Assembly (NCBI GenBank): GCA_963851055.1
Contig: CAWKMY010000006.1
Span: forward strand, 14,663 to 78,662
DNA length: 64,000 nt
Origin: an uncultured bacterium
GTDB lineage: Bacteria > Patescibacteriota > Minisyncoccia > Phycocordibacterales > PALSA-1337
Direction: 5' to 3'
Part shown: positions 9,610 to 18,644 of the stretch, in pieces
Position numbering within the stretch: position 1 is the first letter of the stretch
Layout: every line of letters starts with the position of its first letter
Notes under the pieces: model-generated
Told to the model about the DNA's origin: nothing
Databases searched by the model: none
Seen by the model: the letters and a program-made list of their open reading frames with translations, nothing else
Position numbers and translations under genes: made by a program

Positions 9610-9648
9610 CCAGCATTTAATTGGTTTCGGCATGCTGGAGCCGTTTTT
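9610..9648 (+). repeat. Direct repeat copy 1 (39 bp) carrying a duplicated start region MPKPIKCW of the downstream membrane-protein gene
   Basis: ccagcatttaattggtttcggcatgctggagccgttt, near identical to 10131-10168. On the minus strand it encodes MPKPIKCWKEK-stop. Confidence 0.6.
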
Positions 9649-9767
9649 GTTAACTATCTAAAGAACAATCTACAAACCCACAATCGTTTCTTAAAAATAA
9701 AACGATAATGAGCTTGATAAATTGCCGATCATTAACCATGGAGATCGGCGGTCCATGAGAGTTTTTG

Positions 9768-10154
9768 TTAAGACTCACAACTTTTTTCAAACTCTGACAC
9801 TGCCACTACTCCGATTGGCCCGGCAACCAGTGCCCCAACTGCAACAATCCCATCGCCAGTCAAGTTCAATGACGGCCAAACCATCATCGCCTTGACCCAA
9901 GCTACTGGACCGTGCCTTAAGTGGCCAATCGTAGACACTGCGCTTACGGCCCATAATGCCGTACCCATCGCTGTCACCAGCGCCCACACCATAGCCGCAA
10001 GAAACAGCGGCAATGATGTGGAGTCGTTGTCTGTAATGGTCAAATACCATAGCAGAAACGGCAGGATGGCCGGGCCAGCGATTACCGACACCATGTAGAA
10101 CTTTTTCAATAATTTCACATTATCCTTTTCCCAGCATTTAATTGGTTTCGGCAT
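9768..10154 (-). CDS. Hypothetical multi-pass membrane protein
   Basis: 128 aa, hydrophobic segments; start codon region lies inside repeat copy 2. Confidence 0.45.
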   Translation of the reverse strand: MPKPIKCWEKDNVKLLKKFYMVSVIAGPAILPFLLWYLTITDNDSTSLPLFLAAMVWALVTAMGTALWAVSAVSTIGHLRHGPVAWVKAMMVWPSLNLTGDGIVAVGALVAGPIGVVAVSEFEKSCES

Positions 10155-10168
10155 GCTGGAGCCGTTTT
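10131..10168 (+). repeat. Direct repeat copy 2 (39 bp), overlaps start of ORF 9768..10154
   Basis: Same 39-mer as 9610-9648; contains a 7-bp hairpin ccagcat/atgctgg followed by a T-run. Confidence 0.6.
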
Positions 10169-10524
10169 CTATTTACAGGATCACTTCACGACATGTACCA
10201 CATGGCACAGCGTGCATGCGACCCCTCTTGTCCTGCCGATCTAGAAGTTTTTTACGCTATCAATCAGCATGACGAAGAGGAATAACATTGCGGTTATCGC
10301 TTGCGCGAAATTTGTTCCGCGTTACCCTTTTCCTCGCTATTTTATTGTCAAAAAGCGGCTAATACATCGCTTCATTCCAATAGAAGAGATGTACCAACCG
10401 CCTTATGCTTATGGCACTACCAGATTTCTCTGGTTTTGATTCTCCTCTAAGAAAATCAATATATCAGCTTATAACGTTCACACTGGTACTAGTATAGCAT
10501 ACCTATTAGATTTGTCAAGGGCTT

Positions 10525-11467
10525 CGTAATGGTTCAATAGCTTGGAATCACCCCAGGTCGTAGGATGATTCCATATGCCATATACATCAAACAAACACAT
10601 GCCTCGCATCAGGAGAGATGCTGCAGAGCTTGTCAGAAGAGGATGGTCAACAAGAAAGGTTGCTCGTCACTTTGGATTCAGTCAAAGCGTCATTGTTAAG
10701 TGGTCGAAGAAAGCGGTGACGTATGGAATCCACCCCATACCAACTCTCTCATCAAGACCAAAGCATCACCCCAGACAATTAAATGATGATTTGATCTGGA
10801 AGATCTTCCACAAGAGACTGCTCATCAGACGAAGTGCTGAAGTGGTTCGTCAAGAGCTCAAGAATGAAGGGACCGGAGTATCTCTTGCTTCAGTAAAGCG
10901 TACGCTTGATCGCATGGGACTCCTGAAGAAGCGCAGTCCGTACAAACGATTCCATCCTCACCAGGATCGTCCAATACCCCTTAAACCAGGCGATTTGGTG
11001 CAGATCGACACCATACACCTCATGGTTGATGGCAAGAGAAGAATATACATATACGTTCTCATCGATGTGTATTCGAGATGGGTGTATGCAAAAGCATATG
11101 AAAAAATCGGAGGTAGGAATAGTTTGAAGTTTGTGAGAGAGGCACAGATACACGCATCATTCCAGTTTCAAATGTTGCAATCAGATCATGGACCAGAATT
11201 CGGTGATTGGTTTGTTGAACAAGTCAAAAAGAATCATCGATATACCCGCATCGGTAAACCAAATGACAATGCGCATATCGAACGATTCAATCGCACAGTG
11301 CAGGAGGAATGTGTGGACAAAGTAGAGAAGACTGTCTATGCACTCAACAAAGCGTTAAAAGTATACATTCCGTATTACAACGAAAAACGCCTTCACTTCG
11401 GCTTAAATTTGAAAACGCCAAGTCAATTTATTGACAAAGTGATTCCAAGCTATTGATTAGAATACGG
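10525..11467 (+). mobile_element. Compact IS element (IS481/IS3-superfamily-like, rve DDE transposase) with 18-bp perfect terminal inverted repeats
   Basis: IRL tcaatagcttggaatcac at 10534-10551. IRR gtgattccaagctattga at 11439-11456, overlapping the transposase stop. Single transposase ORF between them. Confidence 0.7.
10575..11456 (+). CDS. DDE transposase (integrase core domain, IS481-family-like), N-terminal HTH
   Basis: QSDHGPEFGDWF ... GKPNDNAHIERFNRTVQEE integrase-core signature; N-terminal HTH RRGWSTRKVARHFGFSQSVIVKW. Confidence 0.8.
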   Translation: MPYTSNKHMPRIRRDAAELVRRGWSTRKVARHFGFSQSVIVKWSKKAVTYGIHPIPTLSSRPKHHPRQLNDDLIWKIFHKRLLIRRSAEVVRQELKNEGTGVSLASVKRTLDRMGLLKKRSPYKRFHPHQDRPIPLKPGDLVQIDTIHLMVDGKRRIYIYVLIDVYSRWVYAKAYEKIGGRNSLKFVREAQIHASFQFQMLQSDHGPEFGDWFVEQVKKNHRYTRIGKPNDNAHIERFNRTVQEECVDKVEKTVYALNKALKVYIPYYNEKRLHFGLNLKTPSQFIDKVIPSY

Positions 11468-11484
11468 GGCTTTGAAATACCCCC

Positions 11485-12270
11485 TTACGCCGTCAGTATC
11501 TCCGCATCCCCTTTCGTTATGAGTACCGTATGCTCAAAATGTGCACTCGGCTTGCCATCAGCTGTGACATAAGTGTAACCATCCTTGTCTAATTCAACTT
11601 CTCTTCCTCCGAGATTGAACATCGGCTCAATAGCTATGACCATCCCAGGTTTGAGAACTGCTCCTTGCCCAGCTTCACCGTAATTTGGCACATATGGATC
11701 TTCGTGGACGTCATATCCGACTCCGTGGCCAGCCAATTCTTCGACTATGCCATATTTTCCAGCAAGACCAATTCTCTCTATTGCTACGCTTATATCGCCT
11801 ATCTTTTTACCTCCTTTGGCGGCTTTTATACCGGCTAGCATGGCTTTTTTGGTTGTATCGATTAAACGGCTCAACTCTATCGAAATTTTTCCAACCGGTA
11901 CTGTTATAGCCGCATCAGTGATTAAACCTTTATGAGTCAGACCCAAATCAAGTGTTACAATGTCGCCTTCTTTGAGGATTTTCTCACCTTCATTCGGAAT
12001 ACCATGGACAACTTCATCATTTATGGAAACACACAGAGCTGCAGGAAAAGGCCTCTTTGCACCTTGTGGTTTGTAATTGAGAAATGCCGGCTTATCACCA
12101 TTTGCGGCAATAAGTTCGCGTGCACAATTTTCTAGCTCAATAGCGCGGACACCAGGCTTCACCATAGCCGCCAATTCACGCAAAATTTCCGCGTGGCGTC
12201 TACCACCTTCGCGCATGATCGCAATATCTTCCTTTGTCTTCGTTGTTATCATATATATAATCCGAATCAA
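11485..12270 (-). CDS. map: Methionine aminopeptidase type I
   Basis: VVHGIPNEGEKILKEGDIVTLDLG ... metal-binding residues typical of MetAP-I. Confidence 0.9.
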   Translation of the reverse strand: MIRIIYMITTKTKEDIAIMREGGRRHAEILRELAAMVKPGVRAIELENCARELIAANGDKPAFLNYKPQGAKRPFPAALCVSINDEVVHGIPNEGEKILKEGDIVTLDLGLTHKGLITDAAITVPVGKISIELSRLIDTTKKAMLAGIKAAKGGKKIGDISVAIERIGLAGKYGIVEELAGHGVGYDVHEDPYVPNYGEAGQGAVLKPGMVIAIEPMFNLGGREVELDKDGYTYVTADGKPSAHFEHTVLITKGDAEILTA

Positions 12271-12305
12271 CGGATCTTATCCGAATGATGCGAATATAAA
12301 ACAGA

Positions 12306-12911
12306 CTATACCAATCCAACCCTTTTCACAATGTCGGCGTGAATCTCTTCTATGGAGCGTTCTCCATCGATGTCCAGAAAGCGAACATTCGGGTTTGTCT
12401 TGTACCACTCTATAGTAGGGGTAACGTCGGCTTCGAATGCCTTCTGGCGTTCGAGCAATTCCTCCTCTCCGTCGTCAACACGACCACTGGTCTTACCGCG
12501 AAGCTTGAGGCGACCGGCGGATTCTGCATGTTCTACGTCCAGATATATGACCCAGGGCTTTTCCAAGTCATAGAATGGAGCAAGCGATTCCAATATCTTC
12601 GCCTCCAAAAGCTTGCGAGGTGTACCGTCAAAAACTATGTGTAGAGATCCATTATATTCTTCAATAAGACGCTTGCCCCAAACGTATACGCACATAAATT
12701 CCGGCATCAAATCTCCGGCTTCGACGATCTTCTTGCTATGTTTAGCTGTATAACTATCGCCAGCCATGAATTTCCTGAATTCAGCGCCAGTCTCGACATA
12801 AAGGACTCCATGAGATGAGTCCGCTTTCTTCAACGCCTCAATTAGAAGCTTCGCTTGTGTACCCTTACCTGCGCCGTAACGACCGATGAAGATGAATGAT
12901 TGAGGTTTCAT
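12306..12911 (-). CDS. adk: Adenylate kinase
   Basis: GRYGAGKGTQAKLL P-loop, LID region with RxDD. Confidence 0.9.
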   Translation of the reverse strand: MKPQSFIFIGRYGAGKGTQAKLLIEALKKADSSHGVLYVETGAEFRKFMAGDSYTAKHSKKIVEAGDLMPEFMCVYVWGKRLIEEYNGSLHIVFDGTPRKLLEAKILESLAPFYDLEKPWVIYLDVEHAESAGRLKLRGKTSGRVDDGEEELLERQKAFEADVTPTIEWYKTNPNVRFLDIDGERSIEEIHADIVKRVGLV

Positions 12912-12932
12912 GAGCCATAGTATAACAAAATC

Positions 12933-14204
12933 CTAATACTCCCTCATCGCCACCTGTGCATCTATCTTCTTGAGCAAATCTAGAACCACAGAGACGACAA
13001 TCAAAAGCGCCGTACCGCCGATGGCCAGAGTAGTACCACCAGTGAAGTTCTGCAAAGCTAGAGGAAGGACCGCCACAACACCTAGGAATAGAGCGCCAAC
13101 CAGAGTGATACGAGTGACGATATTGGCCAGATAATCACGGGTGTGGTCGCCTGGACGGACGCCTGGGATAAACGCGCCACCCTGCTGGAGATTCTGCGAT
13201 ATCATAGCAGGATCGAAGGTGACAGCTGTATAGAAATAAGTGAAAGCTACAACCAGTAGGAAGTAGAAACCTCCATAGACCCAAGGATTATTGAAGAATA
13301 TAGCGAATGAAGTGGCGTAAGCGGCTACGGTCGCATTCGAAGCGTGTGTGAGGAAATTGGCGATGATTTGAGGGAAGAGCAAGATAGAAAGGGCAAATAT
13401 TATCGGAATAACGCCGGCTTGGTTCAAGCGAAGAGGTAAATATGTAGAAGCGCCGCCGTAGACTTTGTTGCCGCGTACCTGCTTTGCATAAGTGACCGGC
13501 ACCGATCGCTCTGCTTCAGTGACGAAAACAACGCCGGCGATGACGATGAGAGCGATGACCAGTACGGCTAGATACACGGCTATCTGGGATGAATCGAAGG
13601 TGGTCCAGAACTGGATGGCATCTTTCGGTAGACGAGCTACGATACCGGCAAAGATGATGAGCGAAACGCCATTGCCGATGCCAAATTCGGAGATGAGCTC
13701 ACCGATCCACATGAGCAATATAGAGCCGGCAGAGACGACGATAGTCGAGATCACCAAAGTGCCAGTGCCGAGATGTGGTAATACATTCTGATTCTCGAGG
13801 AGGAGTATGAAACCTACAGCTTGAATCAAAGCCAATGGTACAGCCATCAGACGCGAATATTGCGAGAGCTTCATGCGACCGGCTTGGCCTTCCTCATGCA
13901 TCAGAGCTTTCCATTTCGGGAACATCATGGTCAGGAGCTGGATGATGATGGAAGCGGTGATGAATGGGCCTACACCGAGCATAACAATAGAAAGATTGGA
14001 AAGGCCTCCTCCAGAGAAGATATTCAGGAAACCGAAGAATTGGCTAGACGAGAGTAATTTTGCCAGAGCGGCTGCATCGACGCCGGGCATAGGGATGGCC
14101 GCCAAGAGACGGAAAATAACCAGAGCAGCAACAGTAAAGCCGATCCTCTTGCGCAAGATGGGATCTTTCAGTGCTAAAGCTATTTTTTGTCCGAAGTTTT
14201 GCAT
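12933..14204 (-). CDS. secY: Preprotein translocase subunit SecY
   Basis: 423 aa, 10 TM protein with SecY signature; position after rplO in spc operon. Confidence 0.9.
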   Translation of the reverse strand: MQNFGQKIALALKDPILRKRIGFTVAALVIFRLLAAIPMPGVDAAALAKLLSSSQFFGFLNIFSGGGLSNLSIVMLGVGPFITASIIIQLLTMMFPKWKALMHEEGQAGRMKLSQYSRLMAVPLALIQAVGFILLLENQNVLPHLGTGTLVISTIVVSAGSILLMWIGELISEFGIGNGVSLIIFAGIVARLPKDAIQFWTTFDSSQIAVYLAVLVIALIVIAGVVFVTEAERSVPVTYAKQVRGNKVYGGASTYLPLRLNQAGVIPIIFALSILLFPQIIANFLTHASNATVAAYATSFAIFFNNPWVYGGFYFLLVVAFTYFYTAVTFDPAMISQNLQQGGAFIPGVRPGDHTRDYLANIVTRITLVGALFLGVVAVLPLALQNFTGGTTLAIGGTALLIVVSVVLDLLKKIDAQVAMREY

Positions 14205-14349
14205 GATTTAAAGCTCTTTGATGCCGTGCAGGGTGGTTTATATAGTAAGCATTAGCCTATCATATGGCTAGTTTTAATACAAGAAAAGTGGCTTGGATTA
14301 TGGGTGGTTTTGGGGTATGAGGCAGGAGTTAGGTTTAATGGGAACAAGC

Positions 14350-14379
14350 TTGACGAAAAGGTATTGAGTATGCTATAAT
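14350..14379 (+). promoter_or_regulatory. Near-consensus sigma70 promoter (TTGACG-N18-TATAAT with TGc extended -10)
   Basis: ttgacg at 14350-14355, tataat at 14374-14379, about 50 nt upstream of ORF 14430. Confidence 0.5.
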
Positions 14380-14429
14380 ATGATTAAAGAAGTTAGTTCG
14401 TTTCCATCAACAATCAACCCCTTAAGATA

Positions 14430-14738
14430 ATGAACCTTATTATTAACACCGTTATTAGTGTCAGTGATTTCATCTTTGGTATCCTCATCCTCATTGGAGC
14501 CATTTTGTTCATCATGTTCGTCTGCGAAGTTATCGGCGCTCTAATGGCTGGCAAATGCCCTAAATGTGGGAGCCGACGCACTGGCGTGGAACGTAGCAGT
14601 TCTCATGATAACCATCGTCTTGGTGGTGCCTACGAAACAACGCATTGTAGGTGCCGTAAATGTCGTCACACATGGAATGCTGGCGAAACCAAATTCGTTA
14701 GCGATGATGACCAGAAGATTCGTGATGTATTTCACTGA
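14430..14738 (+). CDS. Hypothetical membrane-anchored zinc-ribbon protein (CPKCG...CRCRKC)
   Basis: N-terminal TM helix then CxxC...CxxC; inserted antisense between secY and rplO. Confidence 0.4.
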   Translation: MNLIINTVISVSDFIFGILILIGAILFIMFVCEVIGALMAGKCPKCGSRRTGVERSSSHDNHRLGGAYETTHCRCRKCRHTWNAGETKFVSDDDQKIRDVFH

Positions 14739-14844
14739 TCAATCGGGTTATGGGTGACACCTTAAAACATAACAAGTCACTCAAGATTTCCCCGGCGACC
14801 GACTTAACTGTTGGCCGCCGGTATTCTTTTACCTAATCTAGCTT

Positions 14845-14906
14845 CTTAGGCGTTTCTTTATCAGTTCTTAGGCGTTTTTTGATTTCTTTTTGAGCGTTTC
14901 TTTATC
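14845..14906 (+). repeat. 62-bp modular interspersed repeat, copy 1 (variant), directly upstream of ORF 14928
   Basis: cttaggcgtttctttatcagttcttaggcgttttttgatttctttttgagcgtttctttatc; shares ttaggcg, tttgagcg and tttctttatc modules with copies at 18572, 47861 (rc) and 50555 (rc). Confidence 0.75.
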
Positions 14907-14927
14907 TCGGTCTGATACAGTTTCTTA

Positions 14928-15296
14928 ATGGACAAAATCCATTATGAAAAACTACTTGAAAAGAGACGTCAATGGTACAAAACCGTAAAGAAAGTCTACT
15001 GTCCTTGTTTAGGAGTGGATGTATTTTTTAATTCTAAAGGCTTCAGACACATCTTATATGACGGCGAGGGTAAATTGCGTTCCTTGCAAGATCGCATCCG
15101 TAGATTGAACTTATTGCCTCTGGCCATTTCGATGATCGGAAACTCGACGAAAATCCATGAACATAGAACTCAATGGAATATGAACTCCGTTTCTTTCAGA
15201 AAATATCATTCGAATAGAGGAACTTGGATAACGGTCGTCATCAAGATAAATCCTTTGGGTAAAATGAATTTTGTGAGCGTCATCGACCGCAAATAG
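14928..15296 (+). CDS. Hypothetical protein
   Basis: 122 aa ORF starting 22 nt after repeat copy 1; weak terminator-like hairpin with T-run at 15303-15328. Confidence 0.4.
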   Translation: MDKIHYEKLLEKRRQWYKTVKKVYCPCLGVDVFFNSKGFRHILYDGEGKLRSLQDRIRRLNLLPLAISMIGNSTKIHEHRTQWNMNSVSFRKYHSNRGTWITVVIKINPLGKMNFVSVIDRK

Positions 15297-15434
15297 CAAA
15301 AAGACCGTCGTTAGACAGTCCTTTTGGCATACCCACTGACGGTTTGGAGGATATTATCCCGTGACCGAGCCAAGGCTTGCGCCTCATGGGTATGGGAATA
15401 TTATATTCCTCTCAATAAAACAAAGTCAAGAACC

Positions 15435-16073
15435 TTATGCGGCCTTCTTTACTTTGGCCGATTTATCAGCTTTTGGCACCCCACTTTCCTTGGCCGGCTT
15501 ATCAGCCTTCGGTACCTTATCACCCTTTGGTGCCTTGGCGGCCTTCTTTGCCTTAGCTGGTACAACTACTTTCGGTGTACCTACGATGCCTCCATAACCC
15601 GGATTCTTTACAATAACCTTATCAATGATGATAGTGACTGTACCACCAGCCTTCTCAATCTTTTCATTTGCAGAACCGGAAATGAAACATCCTGAAACTT
15701 TGATAGCTTTGGTGATCTCACCATCGCCGAGGATCTTGACCTCTGGAATGCGTCCAGACTGGCTGTATACAACTCCCTTTTCTACGAGTGTGGCTGGAGT
15801 AACCACATCACCCGCCTTGAAAACCTCTTCTATTTGAACGAGGTTGATCACTTTGCGGGCATCACTAACAGGCTTGTTCTGGCTGACGCCACGACCGCGC
15901 AATTTTGGAAGCTTCTTTATGATGTCACGCCATTCTGGGCGGCGCTTGTTACCGGCACGAGCGGACTGGCCTTTGCCCCCGCGACCGGAAGTCTTACCAC
16001 GCTTGCCGCCACGACCGACGGTCATGCGCTTCATATTCTTATGGACTCTTTTTAGTTGATTGGATTGCATGTT
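15435..16073 (-). CDS. rplO: 50S ribosomal protein L15 with K/A/P-rich C-terminal extension
   Basis: L15 core (RGGKRGKTSGRGGKGQ ... ) from internal Met MQSNQLK; C-terminal PKADKPAK... tail. The longer ORF to 16112 overlaps rpsE. Confidence 0.8.
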   Translation of the reverse strand, partial: NMQSNQLKRVHKNMKRMTVGRGGKRGKTSGRGGKGQSARAGNKRRPEWRDIIKKLPKLRGRGVSQNKPVSDARKVINLVQIEEVFKAGDVVTPATLVEKGVVYSQSGRIPEVKILGDGEITKAIKVSGCFISGSANEKIEKAGGTVTIIIDKVIVKNPGYGGIVGTPKVVVPAKAKKAAKAPKGDKVPKADKPAKESGVPKADKSAKVKKAA

Positions 16074-16851
16074 ATTTGTTTTCCTTAGGAGCTTTTCCTT
16101 GCATGGTGGCACGAGACATTCTGGAAAGCTTGTCGAGGGCTACGATAGCGGCGCGAGCGATATTGATCTTGTTCTTGGAACCAGACATTATCTTGGCTGC
16201 AATATCCTTGATACCGGCAAGCTCTATGACTACGCGAGCTGATGAACCGGCAACTATACCGCTACCGCGAGCTGGGAAAATCATAATGCGTGCGCTGCCG
16301 AATTTACCTTCTGTAGCATGCGGTATGACCATCTGAGCATTTAGAGGAATCTTTATGAGATGCTTCTTGGCTTCACGTGTAGCTTTTTCTATGGCGAGCG
16401 ATGTATCTATACCTTTGCCCAAACCAACACCGACACGGCCTTTCTTGTCTCCGGCCACAACAGCTACACTGAAATTCATGCGTCGGCCACCAGAGGTGAC
16501 GCGTGTGACGCGGCGAATATCTATCATTTTGGCATCGAATTCTGGTTTTATACGCTCTCCCCTCTCACCTCCACGGCCACCGGAACGTCCGCCTGAACGG
16601 CCTCCGCGAGAGTCTCCGCGAGCTCCAGGGGCACCAGAACGTCCTCCAGCACGAGCTGAATCGCGCATCTTCCTGCCAGGAGTAATCTTGTTCGGTGATA
16701 CTGGAGCTCCTACTGGAGCGACAGCATCAGCTATAGGCATGACTGGATCAGTAGCCTCAGAGACGACGGCCTCTTTTGCGATAGCATCCAAAGCCACCTT
16801 GTCATTCAAGGAAATTTCTTCGTTATTGTTCTGTATGTCTTGTTTAGGCAT
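16072..16851 (-). CDS. rpsE: 30S ribosomal protein S5 with about 100-aa N-terminal extension containing RGG/RSGG repeats
   Basis: C-terminal S5 domains (FSVAVVAGDKKGRVGVGLGKG ... IMIFPARGSGIVAG); N-terminal RGDSRGGRSGGRSGGRGGERGER. Confidence 0.85.
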   Translation of the reverse strand: MPKQDIQNNNEEISLNDKVALDAIAKEAVVSEATDPVMPIADAVAPVGAPVSPNKITPGRKMRDSARAGGRSGAPGARGDSRGGRSGGRSGGRGGERGERIKPEFDAKMIDIRRVTRVTSGGRRMNFSVAVVAGDKKGRVGVGLGKGIDTSLAIEKATREAKKHLIKIPLNAQMVIPHATEGKFGSARIMIFPARGSGIVAGSSARVVIELAGIKDIAAKIMSGSKNKINIARAAIVALDKLSRMSRATMQGKAPKENK

Positions 16852-16876
16852 GTGTTTATAAAAATTGCATTAAAAT

Positions 16877-17230
16877 TTAGAATTCTAGACCTCCTTCGCG
16901 GGCACCATCGGCTACTAACTTGATCTTGCCTGCATAGAGGTAACCACCCTTGTCGAAGACGACCTTCTTTATCTTTGCCGCTATGGCTTTCTTTGCAAGG
17001 CCCAAACCAACTTCTTTGGCCTTATCAGCTGGACTCTTGCCTTTTGCATCCTTGGAAGAAAATGCCGCCAAAGTATTACCTTTTGTATCATCGATGATCT
17101 GGGCATACATGTAACGATGTGACTTGAAGACAGAAAGGCGTGGGCGCTCGGCCGTGCCGCTTACTTTGGCGCGGACGCGAGCCGCCCTACGAGCAAATTT
17201 CATATTCTGATTTTTGATGATGGATTTCAT
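16877..17230 (-). CDS. rplR: 50S ribosomal protein L18
   Basis: 117 aa, L18 signature and operon position. Confidence 0.9.
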   Translation of the reverse strand: MKSIIKNQNMKFARRAARVRAKVSGTAERPRLSVFKSHRYMYAQIIDDTKGNTLAAFSSKDAKGKSPADKAKEVGLGLAKKAIAAKIKKVVFDKGGYLYAGKIKLVADGAREGGLEF

Positions 17231-17267
17231 GGTGTTGTTTGCTTGATCATTGCGTCATTGATCATTT

Positions 17268-17816
17268 CTACGCGGCTTTCTTTCCTTGCTTCCTGCGGAT
17301 GACTTCATCTGAATATCTGATGCCTTTACCGAGGTAAGGCTCCGGTTTCTTCATGGCACGAACGACGGCCGCGAACTGACCAACTTTCTCGGAATCTATG
17401 CCGCTTATAGTGACGTTATTCTTCTCTGTAGTCACTTTGAGGTCAGTCGGAACTGGTACGTTGATGAGATGTGAGAATCCTACGGCCAAAACGAGATCTT
17501 TACCCTTTATATCAGCCTTGTAACCGATACCTTCTACTATGAGTTTCTTTTCGTAGGCCTTATTGACGCCAGCTATCATATTGCGGATATGCGAAGCGTA
17601 AGTGCCGATCATGGCCTTGGACTGGAGAGTATTCCTGGTCGTAGCTAGAGCGATCTCTTTTGCGCCAGTCTCATTTGCAGTGATAGTGACTGAAACATCA
17701 TCACGGAAATTTTTAGTCAAAGTGCCGAGAGGACCCTTTACGGTCATGACGCCAGCAGCAAAGCTAGCCTCTGTACGGCTCGGAATAATTATTGGTTTCT
17801 TTGCAATGCGTGACAT
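17268..17816 (-). CDS. rplF: 50S ribosomal protein L6
   Basis: 182 aa, two L6 domains; operon position. Confidence 0.9.
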   Translation of the reverse strand: MSRIAKKPIIIPSRTEASFAAGVMTVKGPLGTLTKNFRDDVSVTITANETGAKEIALATTRNTLQSKAMIGTYASHIRNMIAGVNKAYEKKLIVEGIGYKADIKGKDLVLAVGFSHLINVPVPTDLKVTTEKNNVTISGIDSEKVGQFAAVVRAMKKPEPYLGKGIRYSDEVIRRKQGKKAA

Positions 17817-17854
17817 GGTATTTAAATAAGGAGTTAGAAGTTGGGAGTTAGAAG

Positions 17855-18241
17855 TTACCAGATTTTAAATAAAATTTCGCCGCCCAACTTGTGCTTCTTG
17901 GCTTCCATATCAGTCATGATGCCCTTGGAAGTAGAAAGAATGAGGTTTCCGAAGCCGCTACGGAATGAACGTATGTCGCTGGCCTTCTGATAAAGACGGC
18001 GTGAAGGCTTGGACAGGCGCTCAACACCATGGATGCGGGGCTCACCATCGAAATAGACTAGGCCGAGCTCTATCTCTCTTTTGGTCTTTGACTTCTCAAC
18101 AGTAGAGAGATAACCAGCCTTCTTCAGAGAATGAGCTACATTCTCAGCAAATTTGGATCCGAGGACAACGACTGAAGCCTTCTTGGCGTCTGAGCCATTC
18201 TTGATGCGGATTATGAGGTCTGATATTGGGTCGGTTACCAT
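17855..18241 (-). CDS. rpsH: 30S ribosomal protein S8
   Basis: S8 begins at MVTDPISDLIIRIKNG; upstream part of ORF is a read-through extension overlapping rpsN. Confidence 0.85.
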   Translation of the reverse strand: MVTDPISDLIIRIKNGSDAKKASVVVLGSKFAENVAHSLKKAGYLSTVEKSKTKREIELGLVYFDGEPRIHGVERLSKPSRRLYQKASDIRSFRSGFGNLILSTSKGIMTDMEAKKHKLGGEILFKIW

Positions 18242-18420
18242 GATGATTTCTTTATACCTGGAATAGCTCCTTCGTTGGCGAATTCGCGGAAACAGATACG
18301 GCACATGTCGAAGTCGCGCATATAGCCGTGCTTACGACCACAGCGGAAACAGCGTCGAACAACCCTAGACTTGAACTTGGGCTTCTTTTTCGAGCGGGCT
18401 ATGACTGCTTTTGTGGCCAT
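18235..18420 (-). CDS. rpsN: 30S ribosomal protein S14 type Z (zinc-binding, 61 aa)
   Basis: CFRCGRKHGYMRDFDMCRIC four-Cys motif, 61 aa. Confidence 0.85.
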   Translation of the reverse strand: MATKAVIARSKKKPKFKSRVVRRCFRCGRKHGYMRDFDMCRICFREFANEGAIPGIKKSSW

Positions 18421-18571
18421 GGTTATTTTTGCAAAACAAATGGGATTGGTCAGCTGTTCGGCGCTTTTAAGAGCGGACCCGATGTGCTTCCAATCATTTC
18501 CTCATAAAACTCTTGTTTTCTAAGGTAAGGATGATACTAGCAGATGAAGACTAGAGAGTCAATAACAAAAT

Positions 18572-18633
18572 CTTAGGCGAATTTTGAGCGAAAATTATGC
18601 GTTTTTTGATTTCTTTTTGAGCGTTTCTTTATC
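18572..18633 (+). repeat. 62-bp modular interspersed repeat, copy 2, 11 nt upstream of mazF-like start
   Basis: cttaggcgaattttgagcgaaaattatgcgttttttgatttctttttgagcgtttctttatc. Confidence 0.8.
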
Positions 18634-18644
18634 ACCTCTATGAT

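Noticed and set aside
18572-18633. Type III (ToxIN-like) RNA antitoxin repeats upstream of the MazF-like gene
   Set aside because: The sub-repeats are part of the 62-bp element that also precedes three unrelated genes, so it is not a toxin-specific antitoxin array. The toxin is sequence-wise MazF/EndoA, not ToxN.
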